Positions 21,169 through 31,853 of a stretch of DNA of 64,000 bases are shown here, piece by piece. Position numbers and translations under genes: made by a program. Source of the stretch: a virus. Taxonomy: Duplodnaviria; Caudoviricetes. Positions within the stretch are counted from its first letter, which is position 1. Every line of letters begins with the position of its first letter. The stretch lies in the IMG/VR virus record IMGVR_UViG_3300025715_000014, positions 1 through 64,000 of that record; one strand, written 5' to 3'. Below the pieces are notes generated by a model, which saw only the letters and a program-made list of their open reading frames with translations, was not told where the DNA came from and searched no databases.

Positions 21169-21199
21169 AAAAAAGGATCTGAAAACCAGATCCTTTTTT
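21169..21199. terminator. Bidirectional intrinsic terminator
   Basis: aaaaaaggatctg-aaaac-cagatcctttttt between convergent genes. Confidence 0.8.
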
Positions 21200-21836
21200 A
21201 TTGATTCATTTTTACAATTTTGTTTTTATATCCAAAATTATTTTCGTTGCCAATTATAACCCAATAAAAATATATTCCAGTTGGCATTATTCGCTTGAAT
21301 GATTCTGTATGCTCACCTGGATATTGATATTCATCGACAACATTTTCAATTAGACGACATTGATCATCATAAATCGATATTTTAACATGTTGATAATCAA
21401 TGAGAACGTATTTAAAAAATATTTCATTTGTAAATGGATTTGGATACGCCACAACATTTAATATTTTTTGTGGAGTAATTATAACTCTGGCATCATCACT
21501 TAATGGGCCAAGAAAAAAGCCATCATCTGTTACTTTCACTGTTATTATATATGATGTATAACTTAAATTCGAGTTAACTTTATAAGGATCTTTAACTTTT
21601 ATTATTCCATTTTCTATGCTCCAAATATCTTCGTCATTACCAATTATTATATCCCAAAAATGCATTTGGTCAAAGTCTGGATCGCAAACATTTAATTTGC
21701 CTATCAATTGATCCTGAAAAACAGGCAAACTTATATAAAATCGAAATTCATCGACCGGTTCAGGGCAATCAACTTGTTGGCTCACTCCTAAAATAGTTGA
21801 TATAGTTAATAATATAGTTAAAATTAATCTTTTCAA
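21198..21836 (-). CDS. Secreted cadherin-like protein with T9SS type A C-terminal sorting domain
   Basis: Signal peptide; AYPNPF...VKISIYD..GIYFY..KIV CTD motif; N-terminal domain similar to 20414. Confidence 0.75.
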   Translation of the reverse strand: MKRLILTILLTISTILGVSQQVDCPEPVDEFRFYISLPVFQDQLIGKLNVCDPDFDQMHFWDIIIGNDEDIWSIENGIIKVKDPYKVNSNLSYTSYIITVKVTDDGFFLGPLSDDARVIITPQKILNVVAYPNPFTNEIFFKYVLIDYQHVKISIYDDQCRLIENVVDEYQYPGEHTESFKRIMPTGIYFYWVIIGNENNFGYKNKIVKMNQ

Positions 21837-21928
21837 TTATCCTTTTAAATTCTATATATTCAAATTTTAAAAAGAATTTTTGTAAAAAAAATTAAACTTT
21901 ATTGATTTTCAAGTATATAATAAAATCT

Positions 21929-21977
21929 TGAAATTAAAAAAAGAGGAATAAAAAATTCCTCTCTTTTTTTAATTTCA
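21929..21977. terminator. Intrinsic terminator hairpin downstream of phoH
   Basis: tgaaattaaaaaaagaggaat-aaaa-attcctctctttttttaatttca. Confidence 0.7.
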
Positions 21978-21985
21978 TCAAATAT

Positions 21986-22876
21986 TTATTTCATCAATCT
22001 ATCTAATATAATCCCAATTAAAGGATTTCTAACTATATCTTCTTTTCCGAATTCCACAAGACCGATGTTATCAATGCTATTCAGATTTTCATAAACATAT
22101 TTTAATCCAGAATCTTCTGGATTTTTAAATCTATCAATTTGGTTTAGATCCCCGCTTATTATAAATTTAGAATTGTAACCGATTCTAGTTAGTAGTGTAA
22201 TGATTCCCTTTTTAGTAATGTTCTGACTCTCATCTGCCACCACGACACAATTATCTAGATTTGTGCCTCGAAGAAATGACAAACATATTGGTTCTATAAT
22301 TTTATTTTCAACTAACTTTTTTCTATAATCCTCGCCTATTATTTTATCTACCAGATAATATATTGAAAATAAATATGGATCTATTTTTTCTGATAAAGAA
22401 CCTTTCAAAAAACCTATATTTTCACCTTCTGTCTCAACTATTGGAGTTATAATATAAATTTTACTATATTTATTATCTACATTTGTTAATAATTCCAAAG
22501 CTTTAGCTATAGACAAAAACGATTTCCCAACTCCAGAGTCCCCTATACATATTGTAATTTCATTTTTATCTATTGATTCTAAAAATTTTTTTTGTTTTTC
22601 ATTTTTACATTTGATGTTGATTTTTATATTTGTTAAATTTCTTTTAGCCTCATCCGCTACAATACTTAAATTCAATTGTTTTTTTGTTAATAACCGTTCT
22701 TCCTTGTTGTGAAAAGCTTCCTCTAATAATTTACTGTCAAAAGAGTCGTACATGATGTTTGTTTTTCTTTTAGCCATAATAAAATTCTTATTTTTTGTCG
22801 CAATAAAAAATGCCAACTCGTTCTTTTTGAAGAAATTGGCATTTTTTATATTGAAATAACATTTTGTATTCGTCAT
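21986..22876 (-). CDS. phoH: PhoH-family ATPase
   Basis: GDSGVGKS Walker A, IGFLKG, FLRG, DESQN, LTRIG, GDLNQID, DIVRNPL; true start may be MAKRK near 22777. Confidence 0.9.
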   Translation of the reverse strand: MTNTKCYFNIKNANFFKKNELAFFIATKNKNFIMAKRKTNIMYDSFDSKLLEEAFHNKEERLLTKKQLNLSIVADEAKRNLTNIKINIKCKNEKQKKFLESIDKNEITICIGDSGVGKSFLSIAKALELLTNVDNKYSKIYIITPIVETEGENIGFLKGSLSEKIDPYLFSIYYLVDKIIGEDYRKKLVENKIIEPICLSFLRGTNLDNCVVVADESQNITKKGIITLLTRIGYNSKFIISGDLNQIDRFKNPEDSGLKYVYENLNSIDNIGLVEFGKEDIVRNPLIGIILDRLMK

Positions 22877-22977
22877 ACTGAATTATATATTAAAAGAATT
22901 TTTCATTTTTTATAGATTTTTAAATTTAATATTGAGAATTAAATATATAGAATAAATATAAATTAAAAAAAAATTAT

Positions 22978-23580
22978 ATGAAAAAGATATTAATATCTAT
23001 ATTGTTGATAATAAGTAGTTTGTGTGTTTTCGCTCTGAGTCCAGCTGATTCAACAGTGCTAAAAAAATATCCAGATAATTTTAATAAATTAATGGAAACC
23101 GTATTGATTTTCGAAGGAAAATATTTCGCAGAAGAAAAGACCAATTTTGGTATTATGCAAACTACCTATGACACATATCGAACAAAAAATCATTTGAAAA
23201 AAAGAGATGTGTTAAAAATCACAGATGGTGAGGTTTATGACATATATTATACAATGTATTATTTACCAGCGAAATGTGATTTATTAACTCCAGCTGTGGC
23301 TTTTGTTCATTTTGACGCGTCTATAAATTTTGGAGTTGGTGGAGCATATAAACTCATAAAACGCACACTAGGACTTAGTTATAAATATGCGACATGGGAT
23401 GATGATATATTATGGCTTTTAGATGATTCTATTGATAAAGAAGTGGCTTTAGAATATATTGATGTCAGAAAAGAAAAACGTTATGAAATAGTTGCCAATA
23501 ATAAAGCTAAGAAAAAATTCTTAAAAGGATGGCTAAATAGAGATAATCAACTCAAGGAGATAATAGAAGAATATTATTAA
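22978..23580 (+). CDS. Glycoside hydrolase 108-like endolysin with signal peptide
   Basis: FEG, TNFGI, IYY.MYY, HFDASINFG, FLKGWLNR. Confidence 0.75.
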   Translation: MKKILISILLIISSLCVFALSPADSTVLKKYPDNFNKLMETVLIFEGKYFAEEKTNFGIMQTTYDTYRTKNHLKKRDVLKITDGEVYDIYYTMYYLPAKCDLLTPAVAFVHFDASINFGVGGAYKLIKRTLGLSYKYATWDDDILWLLDDSIDKEVALEYIDVRKEKRYEIVANNKAKKKFLKGWLNRDNQLKEIIEEYY

Positions 23581-24386
23581 AAAGCCAATACGGAAGCTAA
23601 TATGGTAACTACATAGACTAAAAATCCAAGTATGGATAATATCAATATAACATTTGTCTTTTTAAATGGGCTTATTTTTTCGGTTTCTTCTTTTTTCTTT
23701 AAATCAATTTTATTTAAAATATTATTGTTATTTTCTTCTATTGTTTTCATTATATCACTCGATGAAAATGAATTGATCTCTGATATTTTTTTCATCACTT
23801 CATCTTTGAAATCTTTAACTGCTTCTATTTTAACATATTCTTTTACAATTTTTTTCTTTCTTTGCATAAAATATACTAATATCATAGCCATTAATAATAT
23901 AAAAGCTCCAATATAAATTGTCGTGTCATTTTTCGCCTGATATGGCAAATCATCCATAACGAATTCTTTTGACAGGCTTTTATCATTATTATCTACTATG
24001 CTATCACTCGTCTTTATAGATAATGAAATTTCGCTCGTGTATCCATCATAACAAGTTAAAGAAAATACCCATCTCTCCTTATCTTCTTTGCCAGAAGATG
24101 GCAGAGACATTATTGTATTGAAATTCTTATTGTCTATTAATGAATCGATTAGAGTTTCAGAATAGTTGTCATGATATCTAATAACTTTAAATTTCCATAT
24201 ATTGTAATCACTTAAAGAATAGGAGTTTATACCAACTTTAAATATTTGGTTTGGTTTTAAAGTAGTGCTTTCAGACACTAAATCTCTGCCACCAATAAAA
24301 TTCACATTTGGGTAATCACTTTTTCTATTACAAGATGACACCAATAATATTAATGTCATCAATATTGTTAGAAGATTATATTTCAT
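23577..24386 (-). CDS. Lipoprotein with two TM segments
   Basis: LLVSSC lipobox; hydrophobic helices. Confidence 0.6.
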   Translation of the reverse strand: MKYNLLTILMTLILLVSSCNRKSDYPNVNFIGGRDLVSESTTLKPNQIFKVGINSYSLSDYNIWKFKVIRYHDNYSETLIDSLIDNKNFNTIMSLPSSGKEDKERWVFSLTCYDGYTSEISLSIKTSDSIVDNNDKSLSKEFVMDDLPYQAKNDTTIYIGAFILLMAMILVYFMQRKKKIVKEYVKIEAVKDFKDEVMKKISEINSFSSSDIMKTIEENNNNILNKIDLKKKEETEKISPFKKTNVILILSILGFLVYVVTILASVLAF

Positions 24387-24411
24387 TTTTTAAATGTAGA
24401 AAATAAAGTTA

Positions 24412-25599
24412 TTATTCCTTTGGTTTTTTAATGTAGTTAAATTGAGCCCATCTTGGAGTCCAGTTCAATCCAACAGATATCTCGGGTCCGTGTTTTAATT
24501 CAAAAACTCCAGTTGTCTTATTTCTGTATATAAATCCACCATATCCAAGATTTAATCCAAGACCGAATTCCTGTCTCATATCACGAGCTACTTTTCTGGA
24601 TGTTTTATCTGATAATATGTCAGCACCAACAATGTTATTAAATGATAATCCAGGATAATCTGTTTTAACACTTATCATCGGACGACCAGTTTTTGTATCA
24701 TTGTATAATCCAGTATAAATATTCATTCCTTGTGAGAAATTTATTGATGCTTTTGATGTGAAAAGTTTGGCATAAGTATCAATGTCAGTATCTTGAACCA
24801 TTGGCTCTAGATTTTGGAAAGGTACGATATTTCCAATATAATATCTATATGTGTCTTCTGAAAAACTCATAACCAATAATTTTTCATCAACTTTATATCT
24901 ATCAGAAACTTGTTTCAAAGACAATTTTTCCGTTGTTTCTAAAATTCTTACTCTATAAATAATGCCCTTTGGATCTTTTTCTTTCAATGCTTCTTTTATT
25001 GATATTTTCTTATTGTCTTTGAAAGCAACAACCTCTGGATTTTGGCACCCATTTTCTTCGAGAACATAAGCATAATAAAGAGCTTGTTGAAAAGCGAATT
25101 TGTTAACCATATCTTTCTTTATATGATATGTTAATTTATAAGGTATTTTACCTGATATCGTTCTATAATTTCCGTTTGTATATTTAACACTATCCAAAAA
25201 AGTTATGGCCGTATCACTAACCAATGTTGATATATTTGTTATCTTTTCGTCCAATTGAGTTCTGTATTCAACTATGTATATTGGTTGTTTATTCTTTTCT
25301 TTCAAATATAGATTGAAAAGATTTTTATATTTGTCATTTAGCTCGCTCACTTTCACTTTATAAGCCTGAACTTCAGCTGTCAAATTACCATTTTGATCTC
25401 TAAAAACTTTTATAGTATCGTTTGCCGCTTCTATATTATTTTGAAATCTTAATTTTTCTTCTTTTTCTACAGCCGCTTGATTTTTCCATTTTATAACATT
25501 GCTCCTCATAATGAAGAACGATATAACGGCGAGAGCTATTAGAACAAAGATAGCTAATGCCCCGTACTTAGCCAAATATTCTTTTAATTTTTCTAACAT
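24412..25599 (-). CDS. Membrane-anchored coiled-coil protein, possible spanin
   Basis: N-terminal TM, coiled coil, C-terminal amphipathic beta strands FGLGLNLGYG..GPEISVGLNW; near the endolysin. Confidence 0.45.
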   Translation of the reverse strand: MLEKLKEYLAKYGALAIFVLIALAVISFFIMRSNVIKWKNQAAVEKEEKLRFQNNIEAANDTIKVFRDQNGNLTAEVQAYKVKVSELNDKYKNLFNLYLKEKNKQPIYIVEYRTQLDEKITNISTLVSDTAITFLDSVKYTNGNYRTISGKIPYKLTYHIKKDMVNKFAFQQALYYAYVLEENGCQNPEVVAFKDNKKISIKEALKEKDPKGIIYRVRILETTEKLSLKQVSDRYKVDEKLLVMSFSEDTYRYYIGNIVPFQNLEPMVQDTDIDTYAKLFTSKASINFSQGMNIYTGLYNDTKTGRPMISVKTDYPGLSFNNIVGADILSDKTSRKVARDMRQEFGLGLNLGYGGFIYRNKTTGVFELKHGPEISVGLNWTPRWAQFNYIKKPKE

Positions 25600-25651
25600 A
25601 ATAGTATGATTTTTTTGTCATATATATAAAATATATAATTATCCAATATTA

Positions 25652-26755
25652 TTATATCTCTATGTTTTCTATTTGTTTTTCAAAAATTTCATAAAAACCA
25701 TTATTATTGTTTTCAATTTTAATTATTTTTAGCAAATCTAACATATCTTTTTGTATCTTTAAACCGCCACCAGATTTATAACCACTCGAATAAGAATTAT
25801 CTTCTTTTTCTTTCTCATAAAATTCTTCTATGTTGTTTAATAAACTATCATAAGAATCATATATTTTTGGAGACATATCTGGTCCTTTATTGCATTCCAA
25901 CAAATATGGTTCTAAATTTTCATCAACGATAAAATCACATCCAAATATCTGCGCACAAAGATTGTCTTCCAGCTCTTTCGAGCCAATTTTATTAGATGAA
26001 GCTTCACACAACATTCGCATTTTTTCATTTATTTTTTCAAATAAAGTATCTGCTTTCTCCCCGAATCCATTTTGCTTCAAGAAAGAATTCAATTGATGAA
26101 ATGTCTGTGGATTTCTTTCATAAATATCCAAATTCAAATTATAACTGGTTATATTACTCTCAAAATCCATAGAATCTGGATTATATTCTTTATTGTTATA
26201 AATGCAACTGCCATATCTACTTAAATAAGCTTTTATTTTATTGTTTTTTATTGTTAACAGAAAATATATTCTCAAATTTAATTTTCTCTTATTAATCAAA
26301 AGAACATTTTTTATATAATCTTGAACAACTAAATATTTTTCATCTTTAGCTTTTAAAATTTCGCTGTAATCTTTTGTCAAACACAATCCTTGTTTTCTCT
26401 GATTAACTTTTTTTAAAATATAGATATGATCTTTTTCATAAAAATTTTCAAATAATTTCATATGTTCGTCATTCGATAAAACAAATGTCTCTGGCATTAT
26501 AGTCTTGGCGACTTCTCTACCATATTTTTTCTCCAACATATTCCAAATAATTCTCTTACTGACCAAATTATCGCATCCTGGTATACCCAATACGATTTGA
26601 TCTTTTTCTGGTGTAATTTCTTTTAAAATATTTTCAATATTACCATAACCGCTTGGTACATATACATTATTTATTATTTCAACTTCTTTTAAAGCGCGAA
26701 AAACACCCAAAAAACCACTATAAAATAGTTCTTTTTTTATACCCGCAATGTTCAT
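25652..26755 (-). CDS. Tubulin-tyrosine-ligase (TTL/TTLL)-like ATP-grasp protein
   Basis: VVQDYI..LLINKRK.NLRIYFL, NIT, FGCDFIVD..L.PYLLECNKGP. Confidence 0.8.
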   Translation of the reverse strand: MNIAGIKKELFYSGFLGVFRALKEVEIINNVYVPSGYGNIENILKEITPEKDQIVLGIPGCDNLVSKRIIWNMLEKKYGREVAKTIMPETFVLSNDEHMKLFENFYEKDHIYILKKVNQRKQGLCLTKDYSEILKAKDEKYLVVQDYIKNVLLINKRKLNLRIYFLLTIKNNKIKAYLSRYGSCIYNNKEYNPDSMDFESNITSYNLNLDIYERNPQTFHQLNSFLKQNGFGEKADTLFEKINEKMRMLCEASSNKIGSKELEDNLCAQIFGCDFIVDENLEPYLLECNKGPDMSPKIYDSYDSLLNNIEEFYEKEKEDNSYSSGYKSGGGLKIQKDMLDLLKIIKIENNNNGFYEIFEKQIENIEI

Positions 26756-26797
26756 ATTAAATCTTTTTTTAAATATAGATAAAAGTAATGATAAAGA

Positions 26798-27256
26798 TTA
26801 TTTAATTTTGTTTAATTCATAAACTATCATATCCAAATTTTTTAAAACCGGCGAAATTAATTTAACAATATTATATTCTTCTTTGTGTTTTTCAACCATA
26901 CCTTTTGTTTTCTTTAATGCTTCATTATAAGTCGATATTAAATCTTTTATGTCATTTGTCAATGATGCATCTTTTGGTCGTTCTCTGTTAATTTTGTTTT
27001 TATCAACGCCCATAAATTCTAAATCATTCTCCGTATATGTGTTTCCATCGCTTCCCAAATAAAGAGCCACATCCTTTTTAGACATTCTTTTCATAAAATC
27101 TTTTTCTTCTTGTGTCCAACTTGATGGATTTTTTTCCAATATTTTGTTCATTCTATTGCTGTCAGCCGTGCTCATATAATCTACATATTTTTTGAATATG
27201 AGATCTTTTGTGTCTGTTAAAGATTCTTTAATTGGAAAAGATTTGAGATGTTTCAT
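26798..27256 (-). CDS. Leader-family hypothetical protein
   Basis: MKHLKSFPIKE start; AATATATA upstream. Confidence 0.65.
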   Translation of the reverse strand: MKHLKSFPIKESLTDTKDLIFKKYVDYMSTADSNRMNKILEKNPSSWTQEEKDFMKRMSKKDVALYLGSDGNTYTENDLEFMGVDKNKINRERPKDASLTNDIKDLISTYNEALKKTKGMVEKHKEEYNIVKLISPVLKNLDMIVYELNKIK

Positions 27257-27322
27257 GTGAAAAAAATATTTTTTATTTTATATATTAAAATTTTCTTTTT
27301 ATTTTTTTATATATAGGCCATA

Positions 27323-28789
27323 ATGGAACTATTAGATTTTGAAAAATTTTTAGAAAAAAAATTAGAAATAAGGGATCTTAAAAATGATCAAAGAATAGAA
27401 TCTTTCGTCAATAGAATATTGAGAGGTAGCGTTGTATTAAATAATGACACTGAAGTCAGAATAGACGAAATAAAATTGAATGGCAATTGGATATCTGTGC
27501 AGGATGTCAACGCAGAAGAATTAAAAAATTTCATAAAAAACGATGCTCCTCTTTTCTTCAAGGGAGGAAGAAGATTGTATCAAGCAATATTTAAAAATGA
27601 TAATGTTTTTTATAAACTCACTGATTTTAAAAAAACAAAAGATTTAGGTCAAAGAGGACCAGGGGCCAACACAAATGAGAAAGAAGAAATCACATCTTTG
27701 TATATTGACATGTTTCAGTTAATAAGAACACCAGACTTATCCAAAGTTAAATTCGATGAATATATGGCTCTGAACAGAATACCAGATCATTTACATATAA
27801 AAAACACTATAACTTGGGAGAAAATAAATAGTTATACTGATTGGACAATATCTTTCATAAATGCCCCCAGAGGATTTTGGCGTAAATTTGGTGAATCTAA
27901 CATAGTATATGATATTTATCATATCGGTTTTGATAGCAACGAATCTCCATCAAAAATTTTGAAAAAAAAATATTATGAGTTATTAGAAAATAGAAAAATT
28001 GATTTCAATAAATTTTGCCCAGCTGATGTGTATTTAGTTGATAATAAATATATTAAAGATATATTATATGCCATAACATCGACAAAAACCATAGAAGATT
28101 TAGTTGATCTTATGAATGAAATGTTTGATAAAAAGATTTTAATACCAATTTCTTTAAAAAAATCTAATATTGTGGGAGATAAATTCATCATAAATAATTT
28201 TAATGGACTACCATCAATGAATTTTAGTAGAATATCATTTGATGTGTCGACATTAGCAACCAATGGCATATCATCTAAAATAAAAACGACATCGAGATGG
28301 TTAAATGAGTTGGATAGTTATGAATCCAGAAATATTGAAATGACTATAGATTCATCCAATACATCAAAAAATGTTGATGTTGATGGCGAGGTCAAAGTAA
28401 TTTCTTCGTCTAGTCGAACTGGAAAAATATCATTAAATAATATTAATGACATTCTATCAACAAGAGATATTATACCTGAGGGAATAAAAAACTATAAGTT
28501 TTACAGAAACATGTCAACAGAGCAACTACTTGATATATTGAATGATAATTATAATAATTTAATAGGAAATTGTAATATAGTTAATCGAGTTTTAACAGGA
28601 AGAGATATATCAAATGATAAAAATTCTCTAATATCAAAAATTCAATCCCTGGAAATACTCACCGCATTGAACTATATTAGAAGAGAAAATATGGAATCTT
28701 TCAATGTTGTTATAGAACAAATGTTTAAACACGCTTTGTCCATTCAGACAATACAATATGTTTCTCCAAAATATTATAGATTAATATGA
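27323..28789 (+). CDS. Putative PD-(D/E)xK restriction-endonuclease-like protein
   Basis: KFCPADVYLV...LIPISLKK motif; stop codon overlaps the IS right end. Confidence 0.5.
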   Translation: MELLDFEKFLEKKLEIRDLKNDQRIESFVNRILRGSVVLNNDTEVRIDEIKLNGNWISVQDVNAEELKNFIKNDAPLFFKGGRRLYQAIFKNDNVFYKLTDFKKTKDLGQRGPGANTNEKEEITSLYIDMFQLIRTPDLSKVKFDEYMALNRIPDHLHIKNTITWEKINSYTDWTISFINAPRGFWRKFGESNIVYDIYHIGFDSNESPSKILKKKYYELLENRKIDFNKFCPADVYLVDNKYIKDILYAITSTKTIEDLVDLMNEMFDKKILIPISLKKSNIVGDKFIINNFNGLPSMNFSRISFDVSTLATNGISSKIKTTSRWLNELDSYESRNIEMTIDSSNTSKNVDVDGEVKVISSSSRTGKISLNNINDILSTRDIIPEGIKNYKFYRNMSTEQLLDILNDNYNNLIGNCNIVNRVLTGRDISNDKNSLISKIQSLEILTALNYIRRENMESFNVVIEQMFKHALSIQTIQYVSPKYYRLI

Positions 28790-30111
28790 ACTACCACTAC
28801 ACTAAAGATGTGGTGGTTTCCTTGAAAAGATTAAACTTCGCAAGAACTCCTGAAATATGAAGAGGCTCGTTCATAGAAGCAATATGATATCCAAACCATC
28901 GTTTAAGAATATTTATGGCTGAATTTAAGTCACGGTCAATAGTAATTGTGTCTGTAAGTTTAACTTGTCGGTCTTTAAGTTCAATCTTTTCTTTAAAAAC
29001 CTTCCCAGTTAAACAATTTAATTGAGTAGTCCAACTCTCATCGATTTTGGTTAAATTGATATTTTTTGATTGACATTTATAACCAAGAAATCGAAGGAAC
29101 ATATTGATATTAGATTTGTGAAATGATTTTCTAATACCTTTTTTATTTTTATTCACTCCTTCACTATTCATTAAATTTTTAACACTCAAATCACCAACTA
29201 CAATAGTATTGTAGTTCATATTCACTAATTTTTTGCTCTGAATATGTAGAGTTTGCTTTATCTGCTCGTTTTTTTTTATGGTAACATTTATTTAATGATT
29301 TCTTTAATTTTTTATTTCTTTTTGAACCTTTTGTGGTTTTACTTCTTTTGTTTTGTATGTTAGCAATACATTTTTGATAATAATCATTAATATTTTTTGA
29401 TTTATTATTCAACACAACCATCATCCCTTTATTATCAACACCAACAGCTAATTTTTCTAATCCTAAATCAATCGCCAAAACTTTTGTTTTAATTCTTAAA
29501 TCATCGACATATTTCACTGGATCTTCAACAACCAAATCACACAACCATTTATTTCTTAAATGTTTAATTCTAATTTCTTTTATATCTAATTTTGATATAT
29601 CATTTTTTGACTTATATTCAAATGGTATTTTATTGATAGTTATTATATTGTCTTTGATTATCCAGCCAGATTGATTCCAAACAATAGTATGATAATAATC
29701 ATTATCTATTTTTCTTGGTGGCCTTGCTGTTTTATCCTTCTTAATCAAATTAAAAAATGAACGATATGAACCAAACAATTCTGTTGCTATTGTTTGAACA
29801 GATTTAGCGTTTAATTTTTTCCAATTTGAATATTGTTTTTTTAATTCTGGAAGTAAATTATTTAAATCAAATTTATTTAATATTGTTTTTTTCGTTTCAT
29901 ATTCATTTTGTTCTATATCTAAAAGTTTATTCCATATATCTTTTCTTATATCAGATAACTCTTTTAATTGATTTATCTGTTCTTTCGTTGGGAACAATCT
30001 TATAGAATAACTTTTTTTCATTTATACAAGTTTGATTGTATTTAATTGAAAGAAAAAAGTCATTTTTTTCCAAATTCATCCACTAAACTAAAGATTCAAT
30101 GATTTACTTTG
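28787..30111 (-). mobile_element. IS200/IS605-family TnpB-only element
   Basis: Left end caaagtaaatc..atctttagtttagtggatgaatttg; right end gaaaccaccacatctttagtgtagtggtagttca. Confidence 0.85.
28797..30021 (-). pseudogene. tnpB: TnpB split by a frameshift in an A9 run (29269-29277)
   Basis: YSIRLFPT, LAIDLG, IDRDLNSAINI; removing one A joins the two ORFs (HKKNEQIKQTLHIQSKKLVNMNYN). Confidence 0.85.
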
Positions 30112-30196
30112 GAAGATTTCTATATAATTTGTTAAAGTGGCATTTTTTATTTATTTTTGTTTTTTAATATATAGCTTAAAATTGAATGACATTTAA

Positions 30197-31216
30197 ATGA
30201 TTGAAAAATTCGAAAATTTTGAATCCGATAGTTTATATGATAAAATCATAATTGGATATCCAAGTGGTAATGTTATCTATGTTTCAAATGATAATTTAAA
30301 TAATCTATTGAATGCCAATCTTGTAATAAAAAATGATGATAAAGATTCACTACAAGTTAATGCTCCAAATCTTTATTTTTATTTTGATTTCGATACCAAT
30401 AAAATAAACGATTTCATAGGTAAGCATAAAAGATATAATTTGATATATAATTTTTTATTTGGCATATTTAGAAATGAAAAATATTTTAACATAAAGAGAG
30501 ATGGCTCGATAGATATTATAGGCTCTTCTATAAGTTTGATGAATAAGGGATATAGCGAAATTCCATACAAATTCGCATCAATAGGTGGAAGTTTTTATTG
30601 TAGTGAAAATTATTTAATAAACTTAAAAAACGCCCCTGATTATGTTGAAAAAAATTTTGATTGCTCCGAAAATAAGATATATTCATTAAAAGGAAGCCCA
30701 TATGTTGAAAAACTTTATAATTGTAGTAGTAACAATATTCAAAATTTGGAAGGAATTATTAATGGAATGACAGATCTAAAAGTCGATTGGAATAAAATAT
30801 CAAAAATAGATTATGAGAGTATAAAATCTGTTGAAACTCTAAGCTTCACTGGAAATATGGTTAATAATTTAGATGGAATATCTCTTATTGAAAATTTAAA
30901 GTCATTAAAATGTGATGAAAATTTTCTAAAAGATTGTTCTGAAATAACTCATTTAAAGAATTTGAAAGAGCTCTATATAGGAGGCAATAATATAAAAAAA
31001 TTACCGCCTTTACCAACATCGCTCGAAGTATTATCTTGTCGTAATTGCGAGCTGAGATTTATAAATGATATTGAAGAGCTAAGTAATTTGAAATCTTTAT
31101 ATTGCGGAGATAATTTTTTTGATGATGAATACGCAATTTATTTAAAAGATTACTGTTTAAAAAATAAAATTTATTTTAATAATGATAAGTCTACAAGATT
31201 TCGAGGTAAAATATAA
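30197..31216 (+). CDS. Leucine-rich repeat protein
   Basis: FxCSEN.L..LK..P and LxxLxCxxN repeats. Confidence 0.8.
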   Translation: MIEKFENFESDSLYDKIIIGYPSGNVIYVSNDNLNNLLNANLVIKNDDKDSLQVNAPNLYFYFDFDTNKINDFIGKHKRYNLIYNFLFGIFRNEKYFNIKRDGSIDIIGSSISLMNKGYSEIPYKFASIGGSFYCSENYLINLKNAPDYVEKNFDCSENKIYSLKGSPYVEKLYNCSSNNIQNLEGIINGMTDLKVDWNKISKIDYESIKSVETLSFTGNMVNNLDGISLIENLKSLKCDENFLKDCSEITHLKNLKELYIGGNNIKKLPPLPTSLEVLSCRNCELRFINDIEELSNLKSLYCGDNFFDDEYAIYLKDYCLKNKIYFNNDKSTRFRGKI

Positions 31217-31853
31217 AGGTAAAAATTATATAGTGTTTTTACCAAGTGGTGAGGTCATTTATACCTCTTTATCAAATATTTATGATATGTTAAGTCAAGA
31301 TCTTGTTGAAACTTCTCAAATGATGACTTATCCAGACATCTTTTTTGCTTACGACGCTGATAGAAAAACTATAGTAAAATTTATAGATAAATCTAAAATC
31401 CAAAAAAATGAAATAGTCGGTTTCTTGCTTCACTGCGGTCTAAAGCACGATAATTTTCTAATATATGATGATATGAGTATTGATATCTATGGCTCGATCA
31501 ATATGGCATATTTGGATTTGATAAAGATACCATATAAGTTTAATAGATGCTCGGGTGATTTTATTTGCTCATATAATAAATTATTAACTATAAAAAATTC
31601 ACCAAAATATGTTGGTGGAAAATTCGATTGCAGTTATAATTATATACAAACACTGGTTGGGGGGCCAGATCAAGTAACTACCTATTTATGTAACAATAAT
31701 AAATTGAAAAATTTGGAAGGTTCGCCAAAATACGTCAAGTTTTTTAATTGTAGCTCGAATAATATAATTTCTTACGATGATGCGCCTGTCGTGTCAAGTG
31801 GCGGAAAAATTATATCTACTAATAATCCAGTTAAATATGTTGAAAAAATTTGA
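31182..31853 (+). CDS. Leucine-rich repeat protein, paralogue of 30197
   Basis: PSGxVIY N-terminal motif; FxCSYNxL..L.GSP repeats. Confidence 0.75.
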   Translation: MISLQDFEVKYKGKNYIVFLPSGEVIYTSLSNIYDMLSQDLVETSQMMTYPDIFFAYDADRKTIVKFIDKSKIQKNEIVGFLLHCGLKHDNFLIYDDMSIDIYGSINMAYLDLIKIPYKFNRCSGDFICSYNKLLTIKNSPKYVGGKFDCSYNYIQTLVGGPDQVTTYLCNNNKLKNLEGSPKYVKFFNCSSNNIISYDDAPVVSSGGKIISTNNPVKYVEKI

